Shown piece by piece: positions 1 through 12,880 of a stretch of DNA of 64,000 nt. Origin of the DNA: Prorocentrum cordatum (taxonomy: Eukaryota). The stretch lies in NCBI GenBank assembly GCA_963575745.1, contig CAUYUJ010000220.1:1-64000 (forward strand), read 5' to 3'. Every line of letters starts with the position of its first letter. Position 1 is the stretch's first letter. A program made the position numbers and the translations under genes. The notes below the pieces were generated by a model. That model was not told the origin of the DNA. It did not search any database and saw only the letters and a program-made list of their open reading frames with translations.

Positions 1-244
1 CCTCCTCCGCCTCCTCCTCCTCCTCCTCGCCATCATCGTAGTCGCCATCGTCACCATCGTCGCTGCCGCCGTCGCCTTCGCCGCCGCCGTCGCCCCCCCC
101 TGCGGAGCGCCTTTGCCGCGGCCCTTGGGCCCGCGGAGCGGCCCAGGGGCGTCGGGGGGCGGGTACGCCCACGGCGGGGGAGCGCCCCAAGGTGGCGGCA
201 TGCTACCCAGCCTCACGTGGCGACGACGACGACGACAACGACGA

Positions 245-324
<80 letters not shown>

Positions 325-325
325 A
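1..325. repeat. TCC/CGC/CGA low-complexity microsatellites
   Basis: Runs of (TCC)n, (CGA)n and (CGACGC)n; these produce the poly-R and poly-T ORFs in the track. Confidence 0.9.
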
Positions 326-1071
326 ATGTAGCCTTGTATGATCTCGCGAATCCGTTTTTAGAGTGCACCGGCGTCGTTCAGCGTCCGGCAATCGACGCCA
401 GCGACGGCGTGCGGCGACGGCGACGTTGGCAACGGCGACGGCGAAGCGCCCAAAGAGGCGCCGACATGCTTCTCCACGTCTGGTGGGGTTTCCAGAGCAT
501 CCGTTCGATGTGTTCCACACTTTTCGGACGTCTCTGGAAGCGTGGGGTGCAGGGTGAGAAGTACCGAGGTGTTCGAACGGTGTTGTACCTCATCGGGCTT
601 TCGGAGACCTCGGAAGGAGGAGCAGCAGCACGGAAAAGAAAGACGAAGTAAGAATACGAACAGAAAAGAAACAAAACAAACAGCAATCCAACACAGCGGC
701 AGGCTAACACGCTACCCGGCCTCCGACGCAAGCACGCGGAGACCTCGTCGTCGTCGTCGTCCTCCTCCTCCTCCTCCTCCTCCTCCTCCTCCTTCTGGTC
801 CTCGTCTTCGCCCTCCTCGCTCTTCTGCTGCTTCTTAACCAGGTAAGAAGCATACGCCCTTCACGAGGATCTCGTCAATCGCTGCATGCACTTAGCGCGC
901 CAGCTCATGAGGGCGTAGTACAGTGAACACCGGCCGTGGGAACATCAAACAGCAAGTATCCAGGCGAGGGGCAACACCATGTACAATTGCGAGTGAAGCG
1001 GGGCAAATGTGAACACGGAGGGGGACCTGCAAAAGGACGGATTGGGCTGCATATATCTTGCCGGGGTGGCC

Positions 1072-1580
1072 GCCATGCGGGCGCTGCCACTTGGGCCTTC
1101 GGTGGAACTCGCTGTGGGGCCACGAAGCGCGTCAGGGGCGCGCCGAAATGAGGCGGCATTGCCAAACGGGTGCTGCCACTTGGGCCTTCGGTGGAGCTCC
1201 GTATGGGCCCAACGAAGCGTGCGGGGTGTGTGCCGAAATGAGGCGGCGCCGCCATGCGGGCGCTGCCTCTGGGGCCTTTGGTGGAGCTTCCTATGGGGCC
1301 ACGAAGCGTGCGAGGGGTGTGCCGAAATAAGGCCGCATCGTCGAGCGGAGGCTGACACTGGGGCCTTGGGTGGAGCTCCCTCTGGGGCTACGAAGCGTAC
1401 GAGTGGGATGCTGAAGCGAGGCGGCGCCGTCATGCGGGAGCTGCCACTGGGGCCTGCGCTGGAGCTCCGTGTGGGGCTGCGAGGCGTAAGACTGGTGTGC
1501 CGAGGGGTGGGGCCGCCATGCGGGCGCTGCCACTGAGACCTTCGGTGGAGCTCCCTATGGGACCACAAAGCGTGTGAGGA
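1072..1580. repeat. ~90-bp tandem satellite, about 6 diverged copies
   Basis: Unit gccatgcgggcgctgccacttgggccttcggtggagctcc...ggggccacgaagcgtg...gccgaaatgaggcggc recurs at ~1072, 1161, 1251, 1340, 1428 and 1515. A solitary reversed partial copy lies at ~58670-58730. Confidence 0.9.
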
Positions 1581-3059
1581 TTACCCATCGGTCGGAAGAA
1601 GTAGGTAGAAACATGAAGTAGGAAGGCGTTGGAAATAGATTGGGCTTCCGCACGCCTCCTCAAGAGGAAGGAAGAGGGAAAACCACTCGACTCTTGAAGT
1701 GGGAAGGCGCTGAAAGTCGATTCGAATCATCTGGGAATCCAAAAATACCCACTTTCAACGACCGATGGGTATAGGCGTCAGGCTGATGATCATGATGTCG
1801 ACGACGATGGGGGTGGCAAAGGCAGGGGTTGGCTGGGCGAGACGCGCACCGAGAGTGGGTCGAGATCTGCGGGGCCCGCCGGCGGAGCTATCGTGGCATC
1901 GGAGGTCTGGGCTGGCAGTGGCACGGGCTGAGGAAGGGGACGTTTTTGACTATTTTTTTGTCCCCACTCTCCAGGTTTGCTTGGCTTGTTCGTGTTTCGG
2001 CGTCAGGAAAAAGAGGAGCAACCCCACAGAGGGCAAGGACGACGAGAGGCCGCGCGCGGGGGATGTTTTTGAATAACGACACCGCCCAGCCGCTGTACAC
2101 AACTGCAGGCCACAGACGAGCTGGCGCCTGGAGGGATGGCATGAGCCACAACGCCTCTGAGCCTGGGGCGGAGCAGGCGGGTGGAGGTGGAACGCGGACA
2201 GGAAGAAGAGGCGCAGGACGGGAGAGGACACAGCACAGAGGAGTCTGAGCGTCGCGCTCCGTCAATTCTCAACTCTCGCCTACGTCTGCACCCTGCCACG
2301 CTTCCCAACGCTCCAGGGAGCGGAAGGTCACGACGGATACAGAAGAGGACAGGGATTATGAGGAGAACTGCGAAGAGGTGAAGGCAATGAGGAGGAGGAT
2401 GAGAAGCAGGAGCGACAGGACACGGGCGAAGAGGAGAGAGAGAGAGAGAGAGGAGAGAGATGCAGCTGCATGGACGCCAGCGATGCACCTACACTGGTCC
2501 TGGCCATGCCTGCTGGTGCGTACTACACCCTCCAGTTTCTGCTGGGAAGGGACACGCAAACCAATCCACAGCGTCCGACTGACCTGGTCAGGGTCGGGGC
2601 ACAGACGGGAGATGACACGAACAGGTTGTGTCAGGAACGTGGGCCCCTTCGCCGGAGGTCGAAGGCCCCCCGGGTACAGCCGAACAGATCAACATTCAGG
2701 GATGAAGACCCCAAGCAGAGCATATGCCCCCTCAAGCGGCTTGAGGGGGCATATGAGAAGGAAGCTCGCGCGCTTCGCGTGCGTCCGTCGACCGAAACTG
2801 CTAAATCAGGGCAAGCGCGCGGCGACGACCGCATTTGTCTCCACCAACCAATAATTCAAAAAAAGTGCAAGACAAAATTGTCGAGGCCCTGGTTTCGTTT
2901 CCCGGTGGGGGAGGGACCCGACAAGCCAAGCTCATGTGTGCTTGGACCCTCGTGTACTTCTGACGCTTCCCCCAAAGAGCGGGCGGGCCAGTGGCACGTC
3001 GTCGCCGGAGGAGAGGAGGCGGAGGACGAGAGGGGGAGCGGTGGAGGAGAATGCGTGTA

Positions 3060-3227
3060 CAGTCGGGGCGTTGACCTAAATAAGGAACGAGGCCCCTTTT
3101 TTTCCCATCAGTTAAACTTCGATGTCCCACCGAAGACAGAAGGAAAGCCTGAGGCAAGCTGTGGCACACTGAAGGAACGCGGAGCCCCTCCCCAACCAAA
3201 AGGGTTCCTTCTTCAGGGCCCCGACTG
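3060..3227 (+). mobile_element. MITE family A (Tc1/mariner-like; TIR CAGTCGGGGC, TA target duplication)
   Basis: TA|CAGTCGGGGC...GCCCCGACTG|TA; five copies in the window. Confidence 0.9.
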
Positions 3228-3378
3228 TACGCTCGGGGCTGATAGGGGGAGGGCACCCCAGTGGACACGGGACCCTCCCGAGGGCATCCCTGGCGGCAGG
3301 CACGCGGAGGGCGCGACGTCCCCACGCCATTGGCACCAGGGTGTGCCGCCATCGTGCTGCCGGACGGAGCGCCTATCG

Positions 3379-3650
3379 GAGGGACGAAGGGCCTCTTCTG
3401 GGCAAGGCGGGCCTCCGCCACACGCAGGTGCCCAGACCTCGGGCCCTGGGGCACGGCCCCGAAGACCAGAGCCCCTGGTGAGCCCGACGTGGCCCTCACA
3501 TCAGCGGCCTGACTGAGGGACGAAGGGCCTCTTCTGGGCACGGCGGGCCTCCGCCACACGCGGATGTCCAGACCTCGGGCCCTGGGGCACGGCCCCGAAG
3601 ACCAGAGCCCCTGGTGAGCCCGACGTGGCCCTCACATCAGCGGCCTGACT
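3379..3650. repeat. Near-identical ~136-bp tandem duplication
   Basis: gagggacgaagggcctcttctgggca...acatcagcggcctgact occurs twice head to tail. Confidence 0.9.
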
Positions 3651-3901
3651 GTACCGTCTGTACAACTCGGCCACAAGAGACCTTCCGCAAGAAACCCAAC
3701 CCTGAGACCCCAGGACGTCCATTGACTTCTTTGGTGCGGGAACGTCACGCTCTCCACAGCAGCACCACCGAACCCCACGAAACCCAGAGCACCCTAGAGG
3801 CAAGCGGGGTGGTTCCTGGCATGGGTTTTTTCCATTGTACTCTTGATTTAGTAGGGCCACCCTGCTCGCGACCTACTCTTCCTGGGCGCGGCCTATAAGG
3901 G

Positions 3902-4174
3902 CCTCATGGATGGGGTCGGAGTAGATGGGGTCGGAGGATCGCGCCGCATCGCCGGTAAATCGACCATCGGCGATGCATCGGCGATGCATCGGCGATGCAT
4001 CGGCGATGCATCGGCGATGCACTGGCGATGCACTGGCGATGCATCGGCGACGTCGGCGATGCATCGTCGACAGCGACGTGCAGCAAAACGGGCCCCAAAT
4101 CGAGCCGCACCGGCGATGCATCGCCGATGCGGCGCGGTCCTCCGACCCCACCTACTCCGACCCCATCTAGGAGG
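3902..4174. mobile_element. MITE family B (~50-bp TIR, internal GGCGATGCATC repeats)
   Basis: Left end cctcatggatggggtcggagtagatggggtcggaggatcgcgccgcatcg closely matches the reverse complement of the right end; four copies in the window. Confidence 0.85.
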
Positions 4175-4529
4175 AATACAGTCGGGATTGATTGGATAGG
4201 ACACGCGATAGGACGCAAGACCCTTCCGAGGGCCACATTGCCATAGGAATGCAGGAGGCACGGGTCGCGACACACAGGGCACAAGGGTACCCTTGATTGG
4301 CAGGGTCGACCTACTATATAATCGACCTCGGCTGTAGACCTACTCCTCCTGGGCGCGGCCTCCGACCTGCTCCGTGACGGGCCCCATCCGTGACGAGCCC
4401 CTCGCCCTCGAGGCGCCCCTCCAGCCGCCTGCCCGCGCCCTGGAGCGAGGCGAGGGGATCGCCACGGCCGGGATCGGTCCGCCACGTGTCACGCAGACCG
4501 CCATCACCACAAGTAGGAGGGGGAGAGGG

Positions 4530-5110
4530 TCCTCCTCCTCCTCCTCCTCCTCCTCCTCCCTCCTCCTCCTCCTCCTCCTCCTCCTCCTCCTCCTCCTCCC
4601 CCTTTTCTTCCTCATCCTCATCCTCCACCTCCTTCCCCCCTCCAACTTATGATGGTGGTGGTGGAACACAAACCCATCACCAGACCCGGGTGTAGTGGTG
4701 GATCCGGCCTGCGAGCGTCGACTGCTCAAGGTTGCCAGCCGCGCTAGAGCCCTCAGCACTTCACGCCCTTGTGAGCTGGCAATAGCGGGCCCCGGGCCTT
4801 GGCTTTCTCGAGCATGCGCTCCTGGTGCTCCGCGAACTCGAACACGCCCACGCCCACCTGGGTCGAGTGATCAAAGGTCGGATCGAGGTGTGTGCAAGTT
4901 TGGACCTCTATGTGGGTTTGTTGAAGCCTCCTCCTCCTCCTCCTCCTCCTCCTCCTCCCCCTCCTCCTCCTCCTCCTCCTCCTCCCCTCTCCTCCTCCTC
5001 CTCCTCCTCCTCCTCCTCCTCCTCCTCCTCCTCCTCCTCTTCCTCCTCCTCCTCCTCCTCGTCCACCTCCTCCTCCTCCTCCTCCTCCTCCTCTTCCTCC
5101 TCCTCTTTTT
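4530..5110. repeat. (TCC)n microsatellite tracts
   Basis: Two long TCC runs, at ~4530-4625 and ~4927-5105. Confidence 0.9.
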
Positions 5111-5496
5111 CCCTGCTCTTCCTCCCCGTTACCCTCCCCCTCCTCAAGTCAAAGGACTCGGCCAATGAACGTGGTCACGCATGAACGCAAGTCAACGCAA
5201 AACAGGTTCGGCCAAACGTGGTGGCGTGGTCGATACCGGCGCCACAACCTTGGCGCCTGGCACGGAGCCACGAGATCGAGACAACTCTCTGAGCGCACTG
5301 CCACCGTGCACAATCGGACGCCCGTGCACGGGGTCACAACCGGCACCGGACGAACGACTACATGCATTGCACCCGAAGGCAGCGCGCATCATAGTGGGAT
5401 GAGGCGCTGGGGCACCAGGGAGAAGAGTGAAGTCAAGAAGCTTGTGGAGACAGTTGGCTTCGGCCATGAACAAGACAGAAACTGAACGGGACCTCG

Positions 5497-5805
5497 ACAC
5501 ACACACAGACACAGACACAGACACAGACGCGTACACACAGACACAGACACAGACACAGACACAGACACAAACACAGACACAGACACAGACACACACACAC
5601 AGACGCAAACACAGACACAGACACGGACACAGACACAGACACAGGCACGGGCACAGACACAGACACCGACACAGACACAGACGCAGACACGCACACGCGT
5701 ACACACATACACATACACACATACACATACACACACAAACACACACACACACACAAACACACACAAACACACACACACACAAAATCACACACAAACGCAC
5801 AAACA
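5497..5805. repeat. (ACACAG)n/(CA)n microsatellite
   Basis: Direct reading of the sequence. Confidence 0.95.
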
Positions 5806-6866
5806 CGCGTGACTGGGCTTGGCCTGGTGCAGCTGAAAGGCAGGGGCGGAGCGTTTCAAGGTTGTCTCATGCGTGGCGTCGCGGTTGGCCGCGCAAACAC
5901 CAGCGAGGGCAACCCACATGCCCACGCCAGAAACTACAATCAACGCGTCTTATAAAGACGCACGATAGGGCTGCAAGGGCCGCAAGGTGCTGGACACCTT
6001 AGGTATTGAGAAGTCACCAATGTGCTCCCAAATGTCCCTGGAATGTCTGCGGGTAGCCCTCGCGGGACCACGTGGCATAGATGCCTTGCGAAAGTTTTTA
6101 AAATGTATTTGCAACGCTTGCGTTTTGTACGCCAGGTGCGCGCGCACCCCACAACACTCAACCCAAAACGGCGGAGCGTCGCCAGACATTCCGAGCGCTA
6201 GAGCGGCCCCGAACGGCGGCGGAACGACGGCACCCCCATGCTCCGAGAGAAAGTCAGACGAAGAGTGAACCACACCAGACAAGACGATGCGGAGCGAGCT
6301 GGGATACGAATGCACTGCCCTGCGGGCCCCAACATCGTCGACCAGAGCACGCCCCCGAGGAGCCCGCCGCATCGCCACCGCGCACCGCGGGAGCTCGAGG
6401 AGAGGGAGGGGGAGCAAACGAGGGGATTGGAAGAGAGCGGGGGAACGGGGAAGGAGGAATACGGGCGGGATGTGCACGGAACGAGGGAGGGGAGCGGTGG
6501 AAAGGGGGCAAGGGGAGCGGAGAGCGCAGGGACAGACAAGGAGGGGGGGGGGCAGGAAAAGGGGAAGTGACTGGAACTCGCGAGGCCGAAAGGGGGGCAT
6601 CTTCACAGTGGGGGGGGGCCAGCGCAGGATGCGATAAGGCCGTCGGCGCGCCTTCTATCGAGCGCACCCGCAGGCGCACCAAGCTCTATCCAAAACATAT
6701 GTTTATGGGCTTCGCCCTCGCGCGCCTCGGCAGTCCGAGCGGGCTCGCACGTCTCGGCGTACTGTTTTCGTGTCGGCGTCGCCGTTGCCGCCGTTGCCGT
6801 CGTCGCCGCCGCCATCATCGTCGCCGTCGTCGTCGTCGTCGTCCACGCGCCGCGGGCGGCATCCCC

Positions 6867-7172
6867 TCACGCAGCAACCTTCTTCGGCTGCGGCCTGGTC
6901 TTCTGCATCCGCAGACCCGCGCGGTACACTGAGAGCACCGCCGAGTTGAGCCTGGTCGACGACGGGTGGTTGTACTTTGTGAGCTTCGACTGGATCGCAA
7001 TCATGGCCTCCCGCTTGGAGAACCCGTCCTTGTGCAGAGCGTCCGCCTCGAGGATGACCTTCGTGAAGAAACGATCGAGAGCCATCGCCGTGTCCTCCAC
7101 GACTTTCTTCATCAGGTCCTCATCCTCGGGGACCTGACTCGCCCTGGCGTACTCGACGTAGCCGTCCTTGTC
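6867..7172 (-). CDS. Gene A exon 3 (last exon); ~1160-aa hypothetical protein
   Basis: Acceptor ccccag|GAC; reads DKDGYVEYAR...QPKKVAA*; strong GC3 bias; phase 0 with exon 2. Confidence 0.7.
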   Translation of the reverse strand, partial: DKDGYVEYARASQVPEDEDLMKKVVEDTAMALDRFFTKVILEADALHKDGFSKREAMIAIQSKLTKYNHPSSTRLNSAVLSVYRAGLRMQKTRPQPKKVAA

Positions 7173-7712
7173 CTGGGGTACCAGGAGCGCGACATGAGTG
7201 CGATGGCAACGGCGGCGACAAGGCGACGACGACGACGCGGTGACAGCGACGACGACGACGACGACGGCGGCGGCGACGGCGGCGGCGGCGACAACGGCGG
7301 CGACGCGGCGACGACGACGCGAATACGGCGACGAGGACGACAGCGGCGACGGCGGCGGCGACGGCGGCGGCGGCCACGACGACGACGACGCCGCCGCCGA
7401 CGACGACGACGATGACGACGACGGAAACGACCACGACCGACCGCGACGACGACGACGACCACGACCGACCACGGCGACGACGGCCACGACCGACCACGAC
7501 CGACCACGACGACGACCGCGACGACGACGGCCCCGAGAAACCAGCCCAATATGGCGATTGGACTTCTCCCCCGAATGCTCCTCCTCCTCCTCCTTATCCA
7601 CCCTACCGCCCTCCCTACTCGCAGCATTCCATCCCACTCTCCCTCAGCCTTCCTTTCCCCTCCCCAGTTGGTGCGCGATCCGAAGACGAGGATGATCAGG
7701 AAGTGGAGGAGT

Positions 7713-7753
<41 letters not shown>

Positions 7754-8188
7754 TCGTCGTCCTCCTCCTCCTTATCCTCCTCGTCGTCGCAGTCGTCGCC
7801 GCCGCCGTCGTCGTCGTCGTCGTCCTCCTCCTTCGTCGTCGTCGTCGTCGCCGTCGTCGTTATTGCCGTCGTCGTGCCCTCTGGGGTGGAACAAGGACGT
7901 CGTCGCCGTCGCCGTCCTCCTTCGCCATCGCCGCTGCCGTCGCCGTCGCCATCGTCGGTTCCGCCGCCGTCACGCCCCCTGGGGGGCAGCGAGGACGACG
8001 GGGCCAGATGGGGGCGAGGGGCGGCCCCCTCGGCGGCGGACGGTAGCACGACGAGAGGATAGAAGGTATGGCAGCGAGTGGGCGGGGGAGGGCAGAGCTG
8101 GAGAAGGGGGAGGGGCAGGCGGCGGCCAGGAAGAGGGATGGGATGGATACTGCAGGAGGCAGCGGCAACCATTTTTGAAGCGGAGATC

Positions 8189-11164
8189 CTTGATCAGCTG
8201 CTCGACCGCGCGCTCCCACGCGTCTGACTTAAACTTCGTGAAGGCCTCGACCTTGGGGCCCTGAACCTCGACGAGGGCGGACTTGTCCGTGAGCCAATCC
8301 ATGAAGCTGGAAATGTCGCTGTCCTGGGTGACTTTGTCCTGGACGTTGAGGAGGGACGCCGCCAACGTCTCCGCCCTGCCGCCCACGCCGCTGCGCTTCC
8401 ATTTCTGAACCTGCTCGCCGAGCTCCCCGAAGTAAGCGATAACTTTTTTCCAATACGGCGCGGCCTCCCCCTTGGACCAACTAGCCGCCTTGGCCTTCTT
8501 GTTGAAAGCCTGGACGTGGCGGGAACACGTCGCGATGGCAGTAGACACGGTCGCCTTGGACGTCTTGTCAGCCGAGGCCTCCTTGTCAGCGGCGATCTTC
8601 GCGCTGCTCTCGCACTCCCGAACCATCTGCCAAGTCTCGGACGCATCGTCGACCAAGACCTTGTTCTCAGCGGTCACGAGCCCAGCGAGGTGCGTCAGGA
8701 CCTCTGCGATACGGGACCTGTCCTCTTCTGAATCCATGGGCTGATCGCTGCCCATGGCCGCCAGGACGTTGTCGAACGCATCCTTCGCCGCCTCGGGGAC
8801 GAGGCCCCCCGATGCAACAGGTGACGACGCGGCAGTTTCAATTGCCTTCATCTCCTCGCCGAGCTTATTCATGTCGGTAGCCACGGCCCTCAAGGAGATG
8901 ACGTACGAAGCCTCGGTCGTGGCGGAGGCCAGCGTCGATACAGCGGCAGATATGCGCTGGTTCAGCCGTCGGAACTCGTCCCTCATGGGCATCGCTTCCA
9001 CCGCGCCCCGCACGGTCCTCTGGTACGCGCTCAGCAAGTCCGAATCCCGCTGAACATCCTCCGCGGACTTGGAACCGACCTCCACCTTCTGAATCTGCTC
9101 CAGTGCGGCCTCGGCGCTGGCGTTGATCTTACTAGCAAGCACACCCTCGAAACATTCCACTGCAGTGGGGCCCGCTAACTTCGTGTAGTATGGGACCTTG
9201 GGCGTAAGTTCATCGGCCGCATCGCAGAACGCCTTCGATGGCGTGACTTCCAGACAAGTGGCCCTACCGATCTGCTCCGTGATGCCTGGAACGTAATGCT
9301 TAAGAGTCTTCGCGCGCTGTATTCCCAAGTTGAACTTCGATGCCCACGGCTCCGCCTTCGAGAGTGCCTGACCGACAATGCCGAATACGCTCTTTCTGGA
9401 TGTCTGTTGCGACGCAGACAGCACCGCCTCCATATCAGCGAACAGGTCCAGGTCAGTCGCCTCGCTGATGGCGTCCGTGTTGGCCGCCACGGCTTCCACC
9501 ACATCTAAAACCTTGATGACCTCGGCGAGGGCCATGGCCGCGGCGCGGCCCAGGTTTGCGTCTTCCTCAGGAATAGTCAACAGCGTCTTGGAAAGGTCAC
9601 AGAACTTTAAGACGACCTTACTGTAAGCATGGCCCCTCTCGATCCAGACCACCAGCCTGTCCGCGACGACGTAGTTGATGAAGAGGTCAGCCCGTATAGC
9701 ATCCGAGACGTTGCACTTGCCAAGCGTCGGCCGCATAGCATCAAAGCGGACCATGTCAACGCCCGTGCGCCAGGGCAGGTAGAGGGAGGTCCCCTCGGAG
9801 ATCAGGTCCGTGAGGTCAGCCCCTTCGTCGTCCTTCATCTTGGCATCGATCATCTTCGCGTTGCCCTCCAGCTCCCACGACAAGAGGTCGACCTGCGTTT
9901 CGAGCGGCCAACTGACCCCAGCGCCGTCGAGCGTGGACACCACCGTGTCGCGCCGCCCCTTCGATAGCTTCTGCTGGGTGCAGTTCGCTTTCCACAACTC
10001 GTGGGTCATCTTGATGTGATCCTCATGCTTGGCGATGTTGCTGTGCTCTGCCCCTGACACCTTCTTCTTTATGATTGCGAGCTGGTTCAGCTCCCTCTTC
10101 ATCTCGTCGCCGAGCAAGGCGTGGTGCAAGGGGCTCCTCTGGATCCAATGGAGCGACGTCCCGAGCGGCGCCTCCACCTCATGCTGCTGGATTTTCTTCA
10201 CCTTCGGTCGGCTGTGAAACAAAGCCACCTCGTCGACCGCCTCCCGCGCAGGGCTCGGCCGCGGGAGCTGCTCGGCGCCTTTGGCAGGCGTCGTGGCCTC
10301 AGGCGCCGTGCCAGCTGAGCTGGGGGCCGCGTCACCTCTCGTCGCAGCGGCGCCCTCATCCTTCATGTCCTCGAGCATCAACTGGCCGCCAACGGTTACG
10401 CCCTCGCCGCCACCGCTATCGGCGGCCGCCGAACCAGCAGAATCGTTGACGACGCCACCTCCGATCGAGAAGGTCGCCGCCCTCTTCAAGCCACCTGCAT
10501 CGCCCCCCTCTTTTTTCGCCTTCTTCGCGGCCTCATCCCTGATCATTTTGGCAACCCTCGTTCTGAGCTCGTCGAGGGTGGACTGCGAGTAGCTGCACTT
10601 GTCGACGCCCGCCGCCGCGAACATCTTTTTCACGACGTCGTCGAGGATGTCCTCGGGCTGGCCCTTGTACACGTGGGGGATGTCCCTGGCGATCTTCTCG
10701 ACCTGAGACGCCGCGATGTTCTGGCTGAACACCCGCAGTTGGAGGGGTGGCCTGCCCATTGGGGGCACTGGGTAAAGCGCAACCGTCTTCTGGCCGTGCA
10801 GCCTCCTGGGGATGCCGTTGAGCTCGAGCTGCTTCGGCGTCTTGCCAGTCTCCGTCTGCACTTCGGTCCACGAAAGCAAGTCGAACACCTCCTCGATGCG
10901 CCAACCTTTTTCAGAAACCTCAGAAACAGTGAATGGCGGGCCCCGCTGAGCTTCCTCGGTCTGCATGCCTTGGTCAAGACGCATGGCGACATCCTCGCTC
11001 TTCTTCTTCTCCTCGACCACGCTCAGAGACGTGCGAAGTGGAAGGTGGGTCCTCCGCCAGTTCTTGCAATCGTCGCAGATCCAGATCTCGCTCATGTTGT
11101 CGATGCCAGCGATGGGCGCATGGTCCTCGGGGACGCTCAGCTTGTGGAACTCCACTGGTTTATC
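8189..11164 (-). CDS. Gene A exon 2 (992 codons)
   Basis: Complex, stop-free 3-kb part of ORF 7970..11482; acceptor caccag|GAT, donor AAG|GA; flanked by microsatellite-rich introns. Confidence 0.85.
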
Positions 11165-11655
11165 CTGGTGGGTGGGGGAAGGCGGCGAGGAGGCGGATGA
11201 GGGGAGGGCAGGAGCGGGGCGACGGGCGATGAGGACGGCGCACAATGACGACCGATGACGGAGCGCGGCGATGGACGACGGCGCCGCCAGCGACGGACGA
11301 CGAAAGACGACGCGCGACGGACGGCGGCGCCAACGGCGACGGCGACGACGGCGGCGGAGACGACGTAGCCAAAAGACGTCGACGAACGACGACGGACGGC
11401 CGCGATAGATGGGCAACGTCGCCGACAAGGACGACACCGATGACCACGGCGACGGCGACGCCGACGAAATGGGGAGAAGCACGGCAGCGATGACGACGCC
11501 GACGGCTTCGACGACGGAAACGGATGCGACGAGGGCGACTGCGACGACGACGACGACGCTCTCGGCGCGCGACGTCGCCGTCGCCGTTGCGAGCGTTGCC
11601 GTGTGCGACGACGACGTCGACGAATGATGGCGGCGATTGTGAAGCCCCGTGCGTC

Positions 11656-11856
11656 CTTATTGTTCATGTCGCACAAGACGCAGCAAATGAGAACCTGGCG
11701 GGACCTCTCCTTCCTGATGGCCAGGGTCTCCTCGAGCTCGTCCTCGACGATGATCTTGTCTGGTACCTGCGTCTGCTCCTCGGCCTCGTCGCCCGACTTT
11801 GCACCCTTGGCAAGGCGGGCCCTCCTGGGCCGCTTCGGTCTCGGCTCCCGCTCCAT
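11656..11856 (-). CDS. Gene A exon 1 (MEREPRPKRPRR...CCVLCDMNNK)
   Basis: ATG at 11856, basic NLS-like start, donor AAG|GA; joining to exon 2 brings CxxC together with a second CxxC (CDDC). Confidence 0.6.
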
Positions 11857-12880
11857 CGCTGCGCCTGCGGACACAGGGGAACCAGGCCGCGAGGTCGCCC
11901 GTGCTAGCCGCCGAGGCGGCCGACCTCCGTGCATGCGCGCTCGCGCGGGGCCTGGTCGTACACGGCTCTGGACTCGACGGGGCTGACAAGCGCTCGATTG
12001 GCATGAGAGGCGCTCAATTGGCACTGCGATTTCGATTTCGGGGGATGGGCGAGATCGAGCAAGGGGTCGGCATGGGAGATGGGGCACTCAGTAGATGTTA
12101 CATTGAGGGAGGAGAAGGAGGAAGAGAAAGGGGAAGAGGGGGATAACGCGAGAAGGGGGGCCATGGAACTTATGTACGCTACAGGTGACGGAGCCGATCC
12201 CCTTACGGCAGGACTCCAGGCGAGGGGGGGGCGCGCCTCGCTTCCTCGCACCCTGGAGAGGTCGGCGCCAATGACCGCGGCCGACGGCCAATGGTGGCTG
12301 GGGTGTTTCTGGGCACACCTCGCATCATATCAAAAGACCGCAGGCCAACTTAAACCGAAGGTGGTCGGGCCAGCGCAGAGGCGGTGGATACGAGGAGGGG
12401 GAGGAGGGTTGATAATGCTATGGGCTGCTACACTCACGAGCCGAATGCTGGGGCGGCTTGCTCGTTCTTTCCCAAACAGCGCTTGAACTTATATAGGCCT
12501 GATTGCACATAGGCTCGACCTCTTCCCAAACAGCTTCTGCAACTCAGCGCGCGCATTGGCATGGGCTTGCCCTTATCCCGCGGCATTTCCCAACAATGCT
12601 TGCACTCATTCTTGCTTGCTCTCTATCGTGTTTTATCCCCAATCAGTGGTGGTGCATGCCGAGGCGCTGGCCGCCCGAGGCGCTCAAAGACACCCCGTGG
12701 GCCCGCCAGGAGTCCCCCAGCACCACCAACAGACGTCCTTAAGGGGCTTCCAAAAAAGTTCCCACGGCGCATCCGAAGAGGCTCCGAGAGGCATTCAAAA
12801 CACATCTGGCCGTTTTGCTTGCCCTCCTCCTCCTCTGTATGCACCTCCTCCCTGGTCCTGCTCCTCATCATCCTTAACTG

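Noticed and set aside
1072..1580. CRISPR-like or coding repeat
   Set aside because: The whole unit is repeated with scattered divergence; it is a satellite.
2470..3516. 348-aa ORF
   Set aside because: It runs through a MITE and a tandem duplication and has no recognisable domain; 2520-2830 could be an exon but is unsupported.
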